Below, piece after piece: positions 1 through 11,669 of a stretch of DNA of 64,000 nucleotides. The stretch covers positions 160,001 to 224,000 of the forward strand of contig CAVZRV010000029.1 in the NCBI GenBank assembly GCA_963777605.1. Reading direction: 5' to 3'. Within the stretch, counting starts at the first letter, position 1, and the number at the start of each line of letters is the position of its first letter. Both the position numbers and the translations under genes were made by a program. Source of the stretch: an uncultured Acidobacteriota bacterium (GTDB lineage: Bacteria > Acidobacteriota > UBA6911 > RPQK01 > JAPXNP01). The notes under the pieces were generated by a model. It saw only the letters and a list, made by a program, of their open reading frames with translations. It did no database searches and had not been told where the DNA came from.

Positions 1-591
1 GGAAGCCGGCTCAAGACCGGTCTGATGAACGAGCTTCCTCCGATCGACATTTGCAAGCTGGCCATTGAAATGGGATGCGCCTACGTCGGGCGGACTTTCG
101 CGGCTGACCCGAGGCAGCTGGTTGCGCTCCTGAAGGGGGCCCTCAGTCACCGGGGAACGGCCGTTCTCGACGTACTCAGCCCGTGCGTCACCTTCAATGA
201 TCACGAGGGTTCGACCAAGAGTTATCAGTGGGGCAAGGCAAGGGAAGAACTTCTCCACCAGGTAGACTTCGTTCCCCATTATGAGCCCCTGCCCGAGGTT
301 GACTATTCGGATGACGGAGTAGCCGACGTCCAGTTGCACGACGGATCAAAACTGAGGCTCCGAAAGGTGAATCGTGAGTACGATCCGACCGATCTGGGCC
401 CGGCTCTCAAAATGCTGCGGCAGAGCCGCGAAGCGGGAGAGTTCCTGACCGGACTCGTCTACTTCAACCCGGTCGAGGAGGATCTGATCGATCGGCTTCA
501 ACTCGTTGACACGCCACTGGCCCTGCTCCCGGAAAGCCAAATCAAGCCTGGGCCGGAAGCCCTGGCCGAGGCGATGGAGGAATTCCGGTAA
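1..591 (+). CDS. 2-oxoacid:ferredoxin oxidoreductase beta subunit, C-terminal part (5' end outside window)
   Basis: Frame is open from base 1. Motifs HRGTAVLDVLSPCVTFNDHEGSTKSY and GEFLTGLVY are typical of OFOR beta subunits. Confidence 0.85.
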   Translation, partial: GSRLKTGLMNELPPIDICKLAIEMGCAYVGRTFAADPRQLVALLKGALSHRGTAVLDVLSPCVTFNDHEGSTKSYQWGKAREELLHQVDFVPHYEPLPEVDYSDDGVADVQLHDGSKLRLRKVNREYDPTDLGPALKMLRQSREAGEFLTGLVYFNPVEEDLIDRLQLVDTPLALLPESQIKPGPEALAEAMEEFR

Positions 592-659
592 ATAATCCGG
601 ATGCATTAATCCGAACTTTTGTGCAAACTGATGCCATTAGTTTCCAGGGGGAGGGACTG

Positions 660-3600
660 ATGGGGTGTCGAAGCACGAACTTTCGAATGCAGGTCGTTCC
701 GGAACGGCGAAGGGCTTGCCGGATCTTTGGATGGGCGATTGTCATAGGGCTGACGTTGGCAGGATCGAGCCTTTACCCGGCCAGCCGGCTCATTTTCCCC
801 CGGTTCTCGTTTGACTCGGGGACGATCACCGGCATCGCGTTGGCCAACCCGACCGTCCAGGATGCTTCCGTGACTCTGGTTGTTCGCGGGCCTGACGGGA
901 AACCGCTGACGGGAAGCGGATTCAGCAGCCAGAAGACCTGGACGGTCAAAAAGGGCCAGCAGTCGGCGAGGCTGCTCAACGAATGGTTCGGTGCTGCGCT
1001 TCCGGCTGACAAGATCGGATGGATCGAGGCCACCAGCCCGGTGGACGGCATCACGGGGTTCTTCCTGTTTCTGAATCTCGAGGGCACCGAGTTTGACGGC
1101 GCCGACTTGCCGGCTTCGGCACCGGAGTTGGTGTTTAACCAGGTGGAAGCCGGTTCGCGGACCAGCACCGAGCTGAACCTGGTCAATACCAGCGACTCGG
1201 TCGCCCAGGTGACGCTCCGCCTGAACGGTCCCGGAATTCCTCCCATTACCAAGAGTGTGACGATCGCCTCGAAAGGAATGACGCAGGCTCGATGCCGCCC
1301 AGTTTTTCGGGGTAGGCCAGATCCCGGGGAGTTCGTACGTCCGGGTCCTGGCCAACGTACCGGTGGCCGGATTCGAGTTCGTCAAGGATTCCCAGGGCGA
1401 CCTGATCGGTCTGAACGCCCAGCACGAGCGGGAGCGACTCAGCGAGATCTACTTCCCCCAGATGGCAGTTCAGGGTCCCTGGAAGACAGAAATCGGATTG
1501 GTCAACTACTCGGCTTCTCCTGTCATTCTGACGATTACTGCCTACAAGGCCGACGGGTCGCTGTACGGTTCGGACAACCTCAAGAACAACCCGGTCAATT
1601 ACAGCCTGGACAAGGGTGCCTCCATGAGGGAAGACGTGGCCGCCCTGTTCGGGTTCAAGGGACAGAACACCCTGGACGGGTGGATCAGAGTTCAGGCGAC
1701 CAGTCCTTCCGTCAACGGCTACATTCGGTATGGCCTCCCGGTCGCCGGATCGGTGGCCCTGGTGGCGGCTCCCGCTGCGGGGGTGACGCGGGCATTGTTC
1801 TCCCATATAGCCACGATCGGTGACTTCTTCACCGGCCTGGCGCTGCTCAACCCGGGGTCGGTCGTAGCCAACGTCCGGGTGATGGCCTTCACGCCGGGCG
1901 GGAAGGCCCTGGGGATCTTCGATACTGTGGTTGCTCCGGGGCACCGGATCAGCAAACTCATCAACGAACTGATTCCCAAGGCAGCCGGCCAGGGGGGCGG
2001 TTTCATTTGGGTCAAGAGTGACGTCCCGGTGTTTGCCACCTCCCTGTTTGGTAGCGGCAAGATCCTGGCGAATATCCCGCCGCAGGCGGTGGCGAACCAG
2101 TTTGTTCCCGAGGGAGGTTCGGCCGCCGGATTGACCATCTCTCCTCCGGCTGCGTTGCTCCAACCGGCGTCGGGCCAGACGTTCCAGCTCTCGGGTGCGT
2201 CGGGCTCGGTGATCTGGAAGGTCAACGGAATCGCGGGCGGGGACGATATCGTCGGGCGAATCAAAAGCGGGGTCTACACGGCACCGCCCAACCCCCCCGA
2301 CCCCCAGTCGGTCACGATTTCCGCCGAGAACTCCGGGCGCTCGGTGGGGGCTTCGGTTGACCTGGTCAGGAAGGAAGAGCTTTTCAGTGGGTTGGGTCTG
2401 GTCCAGGCGGTGGCCTATCTCTCTTCGCTGAAGAGACTGTACGAAGCGGAGTTGAGTGGCATTTCAACCGGAGATGAGAGCGGTTCCGAGATAGAACCTG
2501 CCGCCGCCCGGAGTTCCATCTACTATCTCCCTCCTACGGGCCAGCGGCAGACGGTGATCACAATCGAGAACGAAGAAATCGCCGACATGGTTCCGTTTAC
2601 GGCTTCGGGAGGGAAGGAGTACATGCTTCTTGCGGCCAGGAAGTCCGGCCGGATTCTGAGGCTGGATCCGGACCAGCCTCAGAATCCGTACGAAGTGGCC
2701 AGGGGTTTGTCCCTGCCCTCCTCGATGGTGGTCGACCGGGTCAGCGGAAACCTGCTGGTGGCGGAAGCTGATCGGATCAGTACGGTTCCCCGACAGTCCC
2801 TGGAGGCGGGGCTGCGCAGCCAGTCCCAGGCGTTGAAGAAACATTTCCCGATGCCGGGGCCGGTTCGGGCCTCGTCGCTGGTTCAGGCGTCGGCTTCGAG
2901 CCTTGCCGTGGACGAGTGCACGGGGAACGTCTACTTCACCGACCTGGAGGCAGGAACGGTCAATGTCTATTCGAAAGCGACCGGTCAGATTTCGGTGGCC
3001 GCCGAGAATTTCACGGCCCCGACAGACATTCTGGCCATCTACCGCGAGGGGATCTCCTGCCCGGCGGCACTCAACCTGCTCGTTGTGGAGCGGAACGCTT
3101 TGGATCCGGACGAAGGCTGGGTGACTCTGGTCCTTCCCTACAGTGGACAGCAGTACATCTGGTTCGAAGTCCCGGCCGCCTTCGACGTGACCTTCCTTCC
3201 GGAGGACAACCCCTACACGGAAGTTGCCGGCATCCTGTTCGGCCAGATTGTCAACCAGGAAGTCGACCTCTTCTTTGCCGACCTCCCCGATGATTACAAT
3301 CTCCATCCGACCAACGGTCTTACCGACAGCCTTTGCGTGGGGAGCGTGTTTCTGGGCGATCCCGATTTCGAGTCCGTTATCCGGGAAGGGCTGGGCCTGG
3401 GTCCCGGTGGCGTGATCGGCTGCGACCGGGCCCAGGGGCTGGCTTCGATCGACGCCCCGACCCGGGAGATCCTCTTTTTGGACGGGATCGAGTTCTTCCC
3501 GCTTCTCCAGGATGTCCGCCTGGAAGACAACTACATTTTCGACCTCGAACCGCTGAAGCCACTCTCCCTGGTCCACACGCTGGACCTCTCCGACAACCTC

Positions 3601-4290
3601 CTGTTCGATGTCGATGCGCTTTCCGACCTCGACCTGCTCTGGCGGCTTGACGTGTCAAACAACCTGATCTCCGATGTCTCTCCCCTCATTACGCTATGGG
3701 ACCTGGATTACCTGGACCTGAGCGACAATCTCATTGACGATATCGATTCCCTGGTCTTCAACTTCGGGCTGGGAGATGGGGACTTTGTCGACTTGAGCGA
3801 CAACCTGTTGGATTTTGGAGACTGCCGTGGGATCCGGCAGCTCGAGATCCAGGGGGTCGAGGTCAACGTCGATGCCGTGCTTGACTGCGAAGGCACCTTG
3901 GCTCCAGGAGATTTAGGGGTTTTCATTTCTGCGGAGCCCCAGACCGTGCCCTATGGCGGTTATCTTACGTACACAACCGTCCTGAGAAACTGGAACAACG
4001 ATCTTCCTGCGACGGATGTGCTCTTCGTCAATCTGTTGCCATTCGAAGGGACCTTCATCGACTTCAACGTGGAAGGCCTGGGCGGCGAGTGCGAGACATT
4101 TGAAGATGTCCTGCTGGTCTGTTACTTTCCGGAGATTCGGGCCGGATACTACTTCCAGTTCCCCTTTCAAATTCAGGTCTTTGGCCTACCGGGAGACATT
4201 ATTCAAAACTATGCATGGGTCTCGAGCGAAGAGTACGATGTCGATATTTCAGACAACCGGAACGTGCTGAACACGCAGATTTCCCCGTAG
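660..4290 (+). CDS. Large secreted/surface protein (beta-rich repeats, Ig-like, beta-propeller-like, internalin-type LRR, DUF11-like C-terminus); +1 frameshift at ~1281
   Basis: ATG 660 follows GGGGGAGG and the N-terminus is hydrophobic. ORF 621..1823 switches into ORF 1363..4290 at KGM|RRLDAAQFFG. LRR repeats such as LDLSDNLIDDIDSL are present, and the C-terminus has the GDLGV...LTYT...PATDV...D.SDN pattern. Confidence 0.7.
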
Positions 4291-4300
4291 CGGACGGTGC

Positions 4301-4530
4301 CGGGCTGGCCCCTGAAGGGGGCCTGTCTCCAGCCCAGGCATTTGCCTGGGTGCACGGTCCACCCATCAAGAATCCAGCCCTGTAGGGGCTGAACACCTCT
4401 TCGGACGAGGTGAATCCGGGGTGCGACCTTACAGGCCGCGATCGCCTTGCCGGGACCTGAAACCAAGGCGCCTCAGCGCCTGGTGCCGAGTTTCACTCTC
4501 CGAATGGTCCGGCGCGGCCGGGGGCTGCGC
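4301..4530. repeat. REP/REPIN-like palindromic element between convergent genes, ending in a ~45-bp dispersed motif
   Basis: Hairpins GCCCCTGAAGGGGGC, CCCAGGCATTTGCCTGGG, AGCCCTGTAGGGGCT and GGCGCCTCAGCGCC. Segment 4488-4527 matches 19327-19370 in reverse complement. Confidence 0.6.
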
Positions 4531-4570
4531 TGACCTCGAATCAGCAAATCGCAGATCGTAGATGTTACTG

Positions 4571-5818
4571 TTACCAACGTCGCGGGGCGTCCTCGATCAC
4601 CCGGACCGTGTCGCGGGCGATCAGGAGTTCCTCGTTGGTCGGAAAGACGTAGGCTTTGAGCTTGCTGTTCTGCTGCGAGATCAGGCCGGCCTTTCCCGCG
4701 GACATCTGCTGGTTCGCCTCTTCGTCCAGCTTGAGTCCGATGCACTGGAGTCCATCGCAGATTTTGGACCGGATCAGCGCGGCGTTTTCCCCGACTCCGC
4801 CGGTGAAGACCACGGCCTGGGCACCCCCCATCAGGACGAAGTAGCGGCCGATGTATCCCTTGACTCGGCGGCAGTAAATCTCGATGGCCAACCTGGCGCG
4901 ACGGTCGTCGTTCTCGGCGGCTTCCTGGAGCAGTTCACGCATGTCGCTGGTCAGGCCCGAGAGCCCCAGCAGTCCAGACTGCTTGTTGAGGAGAGTCATG
5001 ATCTCGGGCACGCTCATGCCTTCCTTGTGCATGAGGAACTCGAGAATCGAGGGATCGACGTCACCTGACCGGGTTCCCATAAGGAGCCCTTCCAGCGGAG
5101 TGAATCCCATCGACGTGTCCACCGACTCCCCACCCTCGATCGCGCAGGCCGAGCAGCCGTTGCCGAGGTGCAGAGTGATGATGTCCACGTCCTCGGGCTT
5201 CTTTTTGGTCACCTGCCGGTAGCGGTAGGCGACGTAGCGGTGAGAGGTCCCGTGAAAGCCGTAACGGCGCACCTTGTGGCGCCGGTAGAGCTGGTAGGGG
5301 ATTCCGTACAGGTAGGAGGTTTCCGGCATCAGGGAATGGAAAGCCGTGTCGAACACCGCAACCTGCGGGACGCCCTCCCCGAAGAGTTCGTTGGCCGCTC
5401 GAATACCCCTGAGGTTGGCCGGATTGTGCAGAGGAGCCAGTTCGATGCAGTCTTCGATCATCTCGATGATCTGCTGTTCGATCCTGACTGAACGGCGAAG
5501 CTTTTCGCCCCCGTGGACAACGCGGTGGCCGATCGCATGGATATCCTTGATCGACCGGATTGAGGAAATGTTGGACTCGGGCGAGATGATCCATCGGAGG
5601 ATCAGATCGAGGGCCTCCCGGTGATTGCGCAACGGGGTGTCCTTCCTGACCGGAGACTGGCCCTCGGCCTGGAGGGTGATCAACGAGTGGGAGCCAACTC
5701 GTTCGAGGACTCCCCGGGCTAATCGTCGATCCGAGTCTTTAGCGATCAGGTCCAAGTCCGTTTCGATGATCTGGAACTTAACAGAAGATGAGCCGCAGTT
5801 GAGGACCAATATGTTCAT
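4571..5818 (-). CDS. ackA: Acetate kinase
   Basis: ILVLNCGSSSVKFQ, GHRVVHGG, LAPLHNP, RRYGFHGTSH, HLGNGCS, TNEELLIA. Confidence 0.97.
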   Translation of the reverse strand: MNILVLNCGSSSVKFQIIETDLDLIAKDSDRRLARGVLERVGSHSLITLQAEGQSPVRKDTPLRNHREALDLILRWIISPESNISSIRSIKDIHAIGHRVVHGGEKLRRSVRIEQQIIEMIEDCIELAPLHNPANLRGIRAANELFGEGVPQVAVFDTAFHSLMPETSYLYGIPYQLYRRHKVRRYGFHGTSHRYVAYRYRQVTKKKPEDVDIITLHLGNGCSACAIEGGESVDTSMGFTPLEGLLMGTRSGDVDPSILEFLMHKEGMSVPEIMTLLNKQSGLLGLSGLTSDMRELLQEAAENDDRRARLAIEIYCRRVKGYIGRYFVLMGGAQAVVFTGGVGENAALIRSKICDGLQCIGLKLDEEANQQMSAGKAGLISQQNSKLKAYVFPTNEELLIARDTVRVIEDAPRRW

Positions 5819-5919
5819 AACATGTGCAGTCTATCACTGGCATTACGAGATGTGGATGAGGGACTGTGAAAACCACAAACAAGGATGACCCGGCGGCCAA
5901 TGATCGGTATATTTCATCT

Positions 5920-8743
5920 ATGAATCTTAATAGCCGTATCGGCCTGATTGTTTCCCTGGCAGCAGCCCTTGCGAGTTCGGTTGGAAGTTATGCTACTCCG
6001 GCGGCCACGGAGACGACCCCGTCGATTCCGCTTCCCGAGCATCCCCGCCCCGATCTTCGCCGCCCGGACTGGGTCAACCTGAACGGCTGGTGGAACTTCC
6101 GGTTCGATCCCAGTGATCGGGGTGTCGGAGAGCACTGGCAGGCCTCTCCGGGCGACTTCGGCCGGAAGATCCAGGTGCCGTTCCCGTGGGGCTCTCCGCT
6201 GTCCGGCCTCTCCGACGAGGCAACAATCGGCTGGTATTCGAGGGAGATCACGGTTCCCTCCGATTGGAGCGGGAAGCGGGTGTTTATCGTGATCGGGGCC
6301 TGTGACTGGCGCACGACGGTATGGCTTGACGACAGGGAGCTGGGGACCCATGAGGGAGGCTACATCCCCTTCGAGTTCGAGTTGACCCCGAGTGTCCGAT
6401 TCGGGGAACGGCAGCGGCTCGTTGTTCGAGCCGACGACCAGCCCCGCTCCTTCAAGTTGGAAGGTAAACAGGGTTACGGTAACGCGCGCGGGATCTGGCA
6501 GACTGTTTACCTGGAGGCAAGGGGAACCGACCCGGTCAGGTCCCTCCACTTCCTTCCCGATATCCGGGAGGGAATGGCCCGGGTGAAGCTTCAGCTGCTT
6601 GAACCTGCGAAGAGCGGCCTGGAGTGCCGGCTCCAACTGGCCAACGTCGATGCAGCACCAGTCGAACTGCAGATCGAAAAGGGACAGAGTGAAACCGAGT
6701 TTACCGTTTCGATACCAGAGGCGCGGCTGTGGTCTCTCGAGGATCCCTTTATTTACGACGTCGAGTTTACGACGCACAGCCCAGGCGGCGTTGACGACAC
6801 CCTTGAGACCTATTTTGGAATGCGGGAGTTGGGGGTTGTTGAACTCCCCGGCAGCGCTTACAGCTATGTTTCTCTCAACGGGCAGCCCGTCTACCTCCAG
6901 CTGACTCTGGACCAGGCCTACAACCCGGAGGGCTTCTACACCTTCCCGTCCGATGACTTCATGCGGGACGAGATCATCCGCTCCCTGAAGATCGGGCTGA
7001 ACGGAATGCGCGTCCACGTCAAGACCGCCATTCCCCGAAAGCTCTACTGGGCCGACCGGCTCGGCATGTTGATCATGGCAGACATTCCCAACAGTTGGGG
7101 GGAGCCGACTCCGGACATGAAAGCCGACGTGGAGAGGACCATGCTGGGCGCGATGGAGCGGGACTTCAACCATCCAGCCATTTTCAGCTGGGTGCTTTTC
7201 AACGAGACCTGGGGCTTGATGACCAAGGATCAGGGGTACACTCCGGCGACCCAGGCCTGGGTCAAGTCGATGTGGGAACAGGCCAAGCAGATCGATCCCA
7301 CTCGGCTCATCGAAGACAATTCGGCAAACCGAAGGGATCATGTCGTCACTGACCTGAACACGCTGGCACGACTACCTTCCGGGCTATGCGTGGCTGGAGC
7401 ACCTGGCTGAGATCGACCGCGACACCTATCCCGGATCAAACTGGAATTTCGTGACGGGCATGACGCAAGGGAAGCAGCCCATGCTCAACAGCGAGTGCGG
7501 AAACGTCTGGGGCTACGAAGGGAGCACCGGAGACGTCGACTGGTCCTGGGACTACCACCTCATGATGAACGCATTCCGCAGGTTTCCAAAGGTCTCGGGA
7601 TGGCTCTACACGGAGCATCACGACGTCATCAACGAGTGGAACGGTTACTATCGCTATGATCGCTCCGAGAAAGAGACCGGAATGGGCTCGATCGTCAGGG
7701 GCATGTCACTGAACGATCTCCATTCACCGGTATACCTTGTTGCCGGGGCCGAGCTTTGCACCGAGGTGGAGCCGGGCTCGACCGTGGACGTGCCCTTGTG
7801 GCTGTCGGTTCACCAACTCGATGCCGGCCCAACCGGGGGGCGGCTCGAGGCTGGCCTCTACGGATGGAATGATCTCGGTCAGTACAAGCAGTACTGGAGT
7901 TCCAACCGTTCGCTCGCCCTCGAGCCTTGGAGCACTCGAAAGCTTGAGGACCTTGCGGTACCGATTCCGAATGAACGCTCGCTCCTGGTCCTGTCTCTAA
8001 GCGTCGAGGGGGAGGATGGGGTGCCGATTCACCGGAACTTCACGACTTTTCTGGCCGGCGCCGGCCCGGCTCCTCGAAACGAAGTACGAGCTCTCGCCGA
8101 AGGCGACGTGCGCTTGCTGCGCTTCTCGCCGGGCAGCTACAGTCGAAGCGAGTGGAAAGACGGATTCGAATCAAAAGTACTGGACGGGCTAAAGGTCAAC
8201 GGTTCCCGAACGGGCTTTTTCGAGTACGAGGTCGAGATGCCAGGTGATGTCGATCTCGGATCGATTCGTCAGGGTTTTCTGGTTGCCGAGGTCTCTTCCC
8301 GTCCCATTCTGGGCCGTGATGTGCAGGGAAAAGGGAAGCTCGAAGGCGACTACATGCTGGGCCGCGGGGCCCACGACCCGAGCCTGAACCCAAACGCCTA
8401 CCCGATGACCGACACCCTTGTTTCCCCATCCCGGGTTAGAATCGTAGTCAATGGCAAGACGGCAGGGTCGGCATTCCTGCCTGACGATCCGGCCGATCAC
8501 CGGGGCATTCTTTCCTGGTTTTCACAGCCCCACGATCGGCACCTTCGGGAAGCGGGTACGTTCGGATATCTGGTTAACGTGCCGATTCCGGCAGAAGTTC
8601 TGGCCCAGGGCGGATCCGGCAAACGGATCGTGCGGATTCGATTCGAAGTGGATGACGCTTTCCCCGGGGGGTTGGCAATCTACGGCGAGCGGTTTGGCCG
8701 TTATCCGCTGGACCCAACGCTCGGGCTGGTCCTTCGGGACTAG
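5920..8743 (+). CDS. Glycoside hydrolase family 2, secreted; +1 frameshift at ~7363
   Basis: PEHPRP...WVNLNGWW, GIWQTVYLE, NHPAIFSWVLFNETWG and LNSECG. ORFs 5866..7410 and 7451..8743 join as DLNT|WHDYLPGYAW. Confidence 0.88.
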
Positions 8744-8777
8744 TGACAGGACACTAGACCCGGGAAAGGTGGTGGGG

Positions 8778-9488
8778 ATGAATCTCGAATATGGCGAACG
8801 CAGTGTCGTGGTGACCGGGGGAGCCGGCGCCCTGGGGAGGAGCGTTGTGCATTCTCTCCTTAAGGAAGGAGCCGAGTGCTTCGTTCCGGTCCATTCGGCA
8901 GATGGGCTTGACGGGATCTCCTGGAACGCGCACGAACGAGTGCATGTCGCTAGCGGAATCGACCTCGCCGACGAGAGTTCGGTGGTTGCCTACTATTCGC
9001 AGTTGGATGGACTTTGGGCATCGATTCACTGCGCCGGTGGTTTCGAGATGGGCCCTTTCACCGAGACCGGGTTGACAGACTTTGAGCGCCAGCAGCGGAT
9101 CAATCTCGTGACCTGTTTTCTCTGTTGCCGGGAGGCGGCGAAGGCGATTTCCCGTTGTCCAGGGCAAGGAGGGAGGATCGTAAATCTGACCGCTCGCGGG
9201 GCTCTTGAGCCGCGGTTGGGGGCCGGAACGGTGTCGTATACAGTTTCCAAAGCTGCTGTTGCCGCACTCACGATCAGTCTTGCCGAAGAACTGGCCGGTG
9301 CTTCGGTCTGGGTGAATGCCGTGGCTCCGTCGATCATGGACACCCCGTCCAACCGGGAGGCCATGTCGGACGCTGATTTCAGCCAGTGGCCCACGACCGG
9401 CGACGTTGCTTCAACCATCCTGTTCCTGGCGTCACCGGCGAACCGCAGCACCCGGGGGGCCATTGTTCCGGTTTACGGTCGATCCTGA
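8778..9488 (+). CDS. Short-chain dehydrogenase/reductase (SDR)
   Basis: TGGAGALG Rossmann motif, YTVSK catalytic YxxxK, VNAVAP. Confidence 0.9.
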   Translation: MNLEYGERSVVVTGGAGALGRSVVHSLLKEGAECFVPVHSADGLDGISWNAHERVHVASGIDLADESSVVAYYSQLDGLWASIHCAGGFEMGPFTETGLTDFERQQRINLVTCFLCCREAAKAISRCPGQGGRIVNLTARGALEPRLGAGTVSYTVSKAAVAALTISLAEELAGASVWVNAVAPSIMDTPSNREAMSDADFSQWPTTGDVASTILFLASPANRSTRGAIVPVYGRS

Positions 9489-9512
9489 CTAAGATCAGGA
9501 GCGGGAGACGTG

Positions 9513-10498
9513 ATGAAACTGGATGTTCCGCAGCCATTCGTGATCGGCCTGAATGCCGTGATCGTGGCCGTGACCGATGAGAATCCTCGGGTCCTGACGG
9601 TGCGAAGCCGGGATCACATCCTGGTTGCGGGACGGGATGACGCGGCGCTACCGTACGGACCCCTCGACCCGGTGAAAGACCGGACGCTCGAACGCTGCCT
9701 GCGCGGATGGGTGCAAGAGCAGACAGGTCTGGAGCTGGGGTATGTCGAACAGTTGTACACTTTTGGTGATCGGCACCGGGACCCGGTTGAACGCAAGGGC
9801 GGCCCCCGGGTGATCTCGATCGCCTATCTGGCGCTGGTCCGGGAAGGTTACCTGACCGGGAACAGCCACGCCCGCTGGCTCGACTACTACAGCTTTGTTC
9901 CCTGGGAAGACTGGAGAGAGGGGACGCCAAAGCAAGTCGAGCAGGAAATCCTGCCGCTGCTCGAAGAATGGATCAACACTGGAGGCGAACGTTCTCTTCG
10001 ACTGTCCCGGCGGGAGAGGGTCGATATCGCGTTCCGGATGAATGGTGGATCGTGGGACAGCGAACGCGTTCTCGAGCGCTATGAGTTGATGTATGAGGCG
10101 GGGATTGTCACCGAATCATTGCTCGACCGGTCCAAGCCCGGGGATGGCTCGACCCGGTCGTCTGTCCTTGAGCAGGGGCGGCCGATGGCTCTCGACCATC
10201 GGCGAATGGTGGCTACCGCGCTCGGCCGGCTGCGGGGCAAGATCAAGTACCGCCCCGTGGTCTTTGAGCTCCTTCCGGCCACTTTCACGCTTTTCCAACT
10301 GCAGCGCGTCGTGGAGGCGCTGGCCGGAGTACGTCTCCACAAACAGAATTTTCGACGGCTTGTGGACCGGGGGGGCTGGTCGAGGGAACCGGTCGGCTCG
10401 ATCTCCACACCGGAGGCCGTCCCGCCGAACTGTTCTGTTTCCGGCGCGAGGTACTCCGGGAGCGGAGAACCCCGGGAGTCGGCCTCCCTGGGAGCTAG
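9513..10498 (+). CDS. nadQ: NadQ/NrtR-type Nudix-related NAD regulator; -1 frameshift in G7 run 10369-10375
   Basis: LGYVEQLYTFGDR, RLRGKIKYRPVVFELLP and LHKQNFRRLV. The alternate frame supplies the family C-terminus GLVEGTG...TGGRPAELFCFRREV to TAG 10498. The gene lies directly upstream of nadABC. Confidence 0.85.
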
Positions 10499-10612
10499 TG
10501 TCCGCTAATGTGCCGGCTAGTTCCAGGTTGGACTTGAATACCCGTTTGGTTTAGACTCATTCGTGAGATGTTCTCCTAACGCTGGCCTGCCCGCGTTATT
10601 TTTTGAAACCTT

Positions 10613-10633
10613 TTATGCTCAAAGTGAGTATAA
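10613..10633 (+). promoter_or_regulatory. NadQ operator overlapping the -10 box (TATAAT 10629-10634) of nadA
   Basis: TTATGCTCA-AAG-TGAGTATAA matches the NadQ consensus ttATRCTCannntGAGYATaa and ends 12 nt before the nadA ATG. Confidence 0.85.
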
Positions 10634-10645
10634 TAGTTAGAGGTA

Positions 10646-11669
10646 ATGGATTTGGCAAGAACAGAACTGGAATACACGCCCGCAGTCGCCCAGGCTACAG
10701 CGGCACTATACGAGAAGGTAAAGGCGGTTATCCCCGCGATCGAATGGCCGATCCATGCTCCTCTGATTGCCGCCATCAATGAACTCAAGGTCGAAAAGAA
10801 TGCCGTAATCCTGGCGCACAACTACCAGACTCCGGAGATCTTTCACGGGGTCGCCGATCTGTCCGGGGACTCACTGGCGCTGGCCAGGCTCGCGGCCGGG
10901 ACCGAAGCCGACGTCATCGTTCTGTGCGGGGTCCACTTCATGGCTGAGACAGCCAAGTTGCTCAATCCGGAGAAAACGGTCCTGATCCCCGACCTGGAAG
11001 CGGGATGCTCACTTGCTTCTTCGATCACTGGCGCCGACGTGCGGCTGCTCAAGGAACGATATCCTGGAGTGCCCGGTAGTGACCTACGTGAATACTTCGG
11101 CGGAAGTGAAAGCGGAATCTGATATCTGCTGCACTTCGGCTAACGCGGTTCAGGTTGTGGAAAGCCTGGGGGTGGATCGAGTCATCTTCATCCCCGATGA
11201 ATACCTGGGCCGGCACGTAGCATCCCAGACGGACGTGGACGTGATCCTTTGGAAGGGGCACTGCGAGGTGCACGAACGGTTCACCGGGGAGGAGATCCGC
11301 TCGTTCCGTGAGAACTATCCCGGAATCACCGTCCTGGCTCACCCGGAATGCCCTCCGGACGTTCTCGGGGAAGCCGACTTCGTGGGCTCGACTTCGGGAA
11401 TGGTTGACTACGTCGGGGATCGCCGTCCCCGGCGAGTCCTGATGGTCACCGAGTGCTCGATGAGCGACAACGTGGCGGTCGAGTACCCGAACCTCGAATT
11501 TATCCGCCCCTGTAACCTGTGCCCCCACATGAAGAAGATTTCCCTTGCCAATATCCTCTGGTCTCTGCAGAACGTGGCCCATCGAGTCGAGATCGATGCC
11601 GAGATGGCCCGTCGGGCGCGGAGATCAGTCGAAAGAATGCTCGAGATCGGACGGAGTAAAGTCCAATGA
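10646..11669 (+). CDS. nadA: Quinolinate synthase; +1 frameshift at ~11072
   Basis: [42 protein letters not shown] and CPHMK. Two overlapping ORFs join at PGVP|VVTY. Confidence 0.95.

Noticed and set aside
622-636. Sigma54 promoter TGGCATCAGTTTGCA on the minus strand
   Set aside because: GG-GC spacing is 9 rather than 10, and it points antisense into the OFOR gene.
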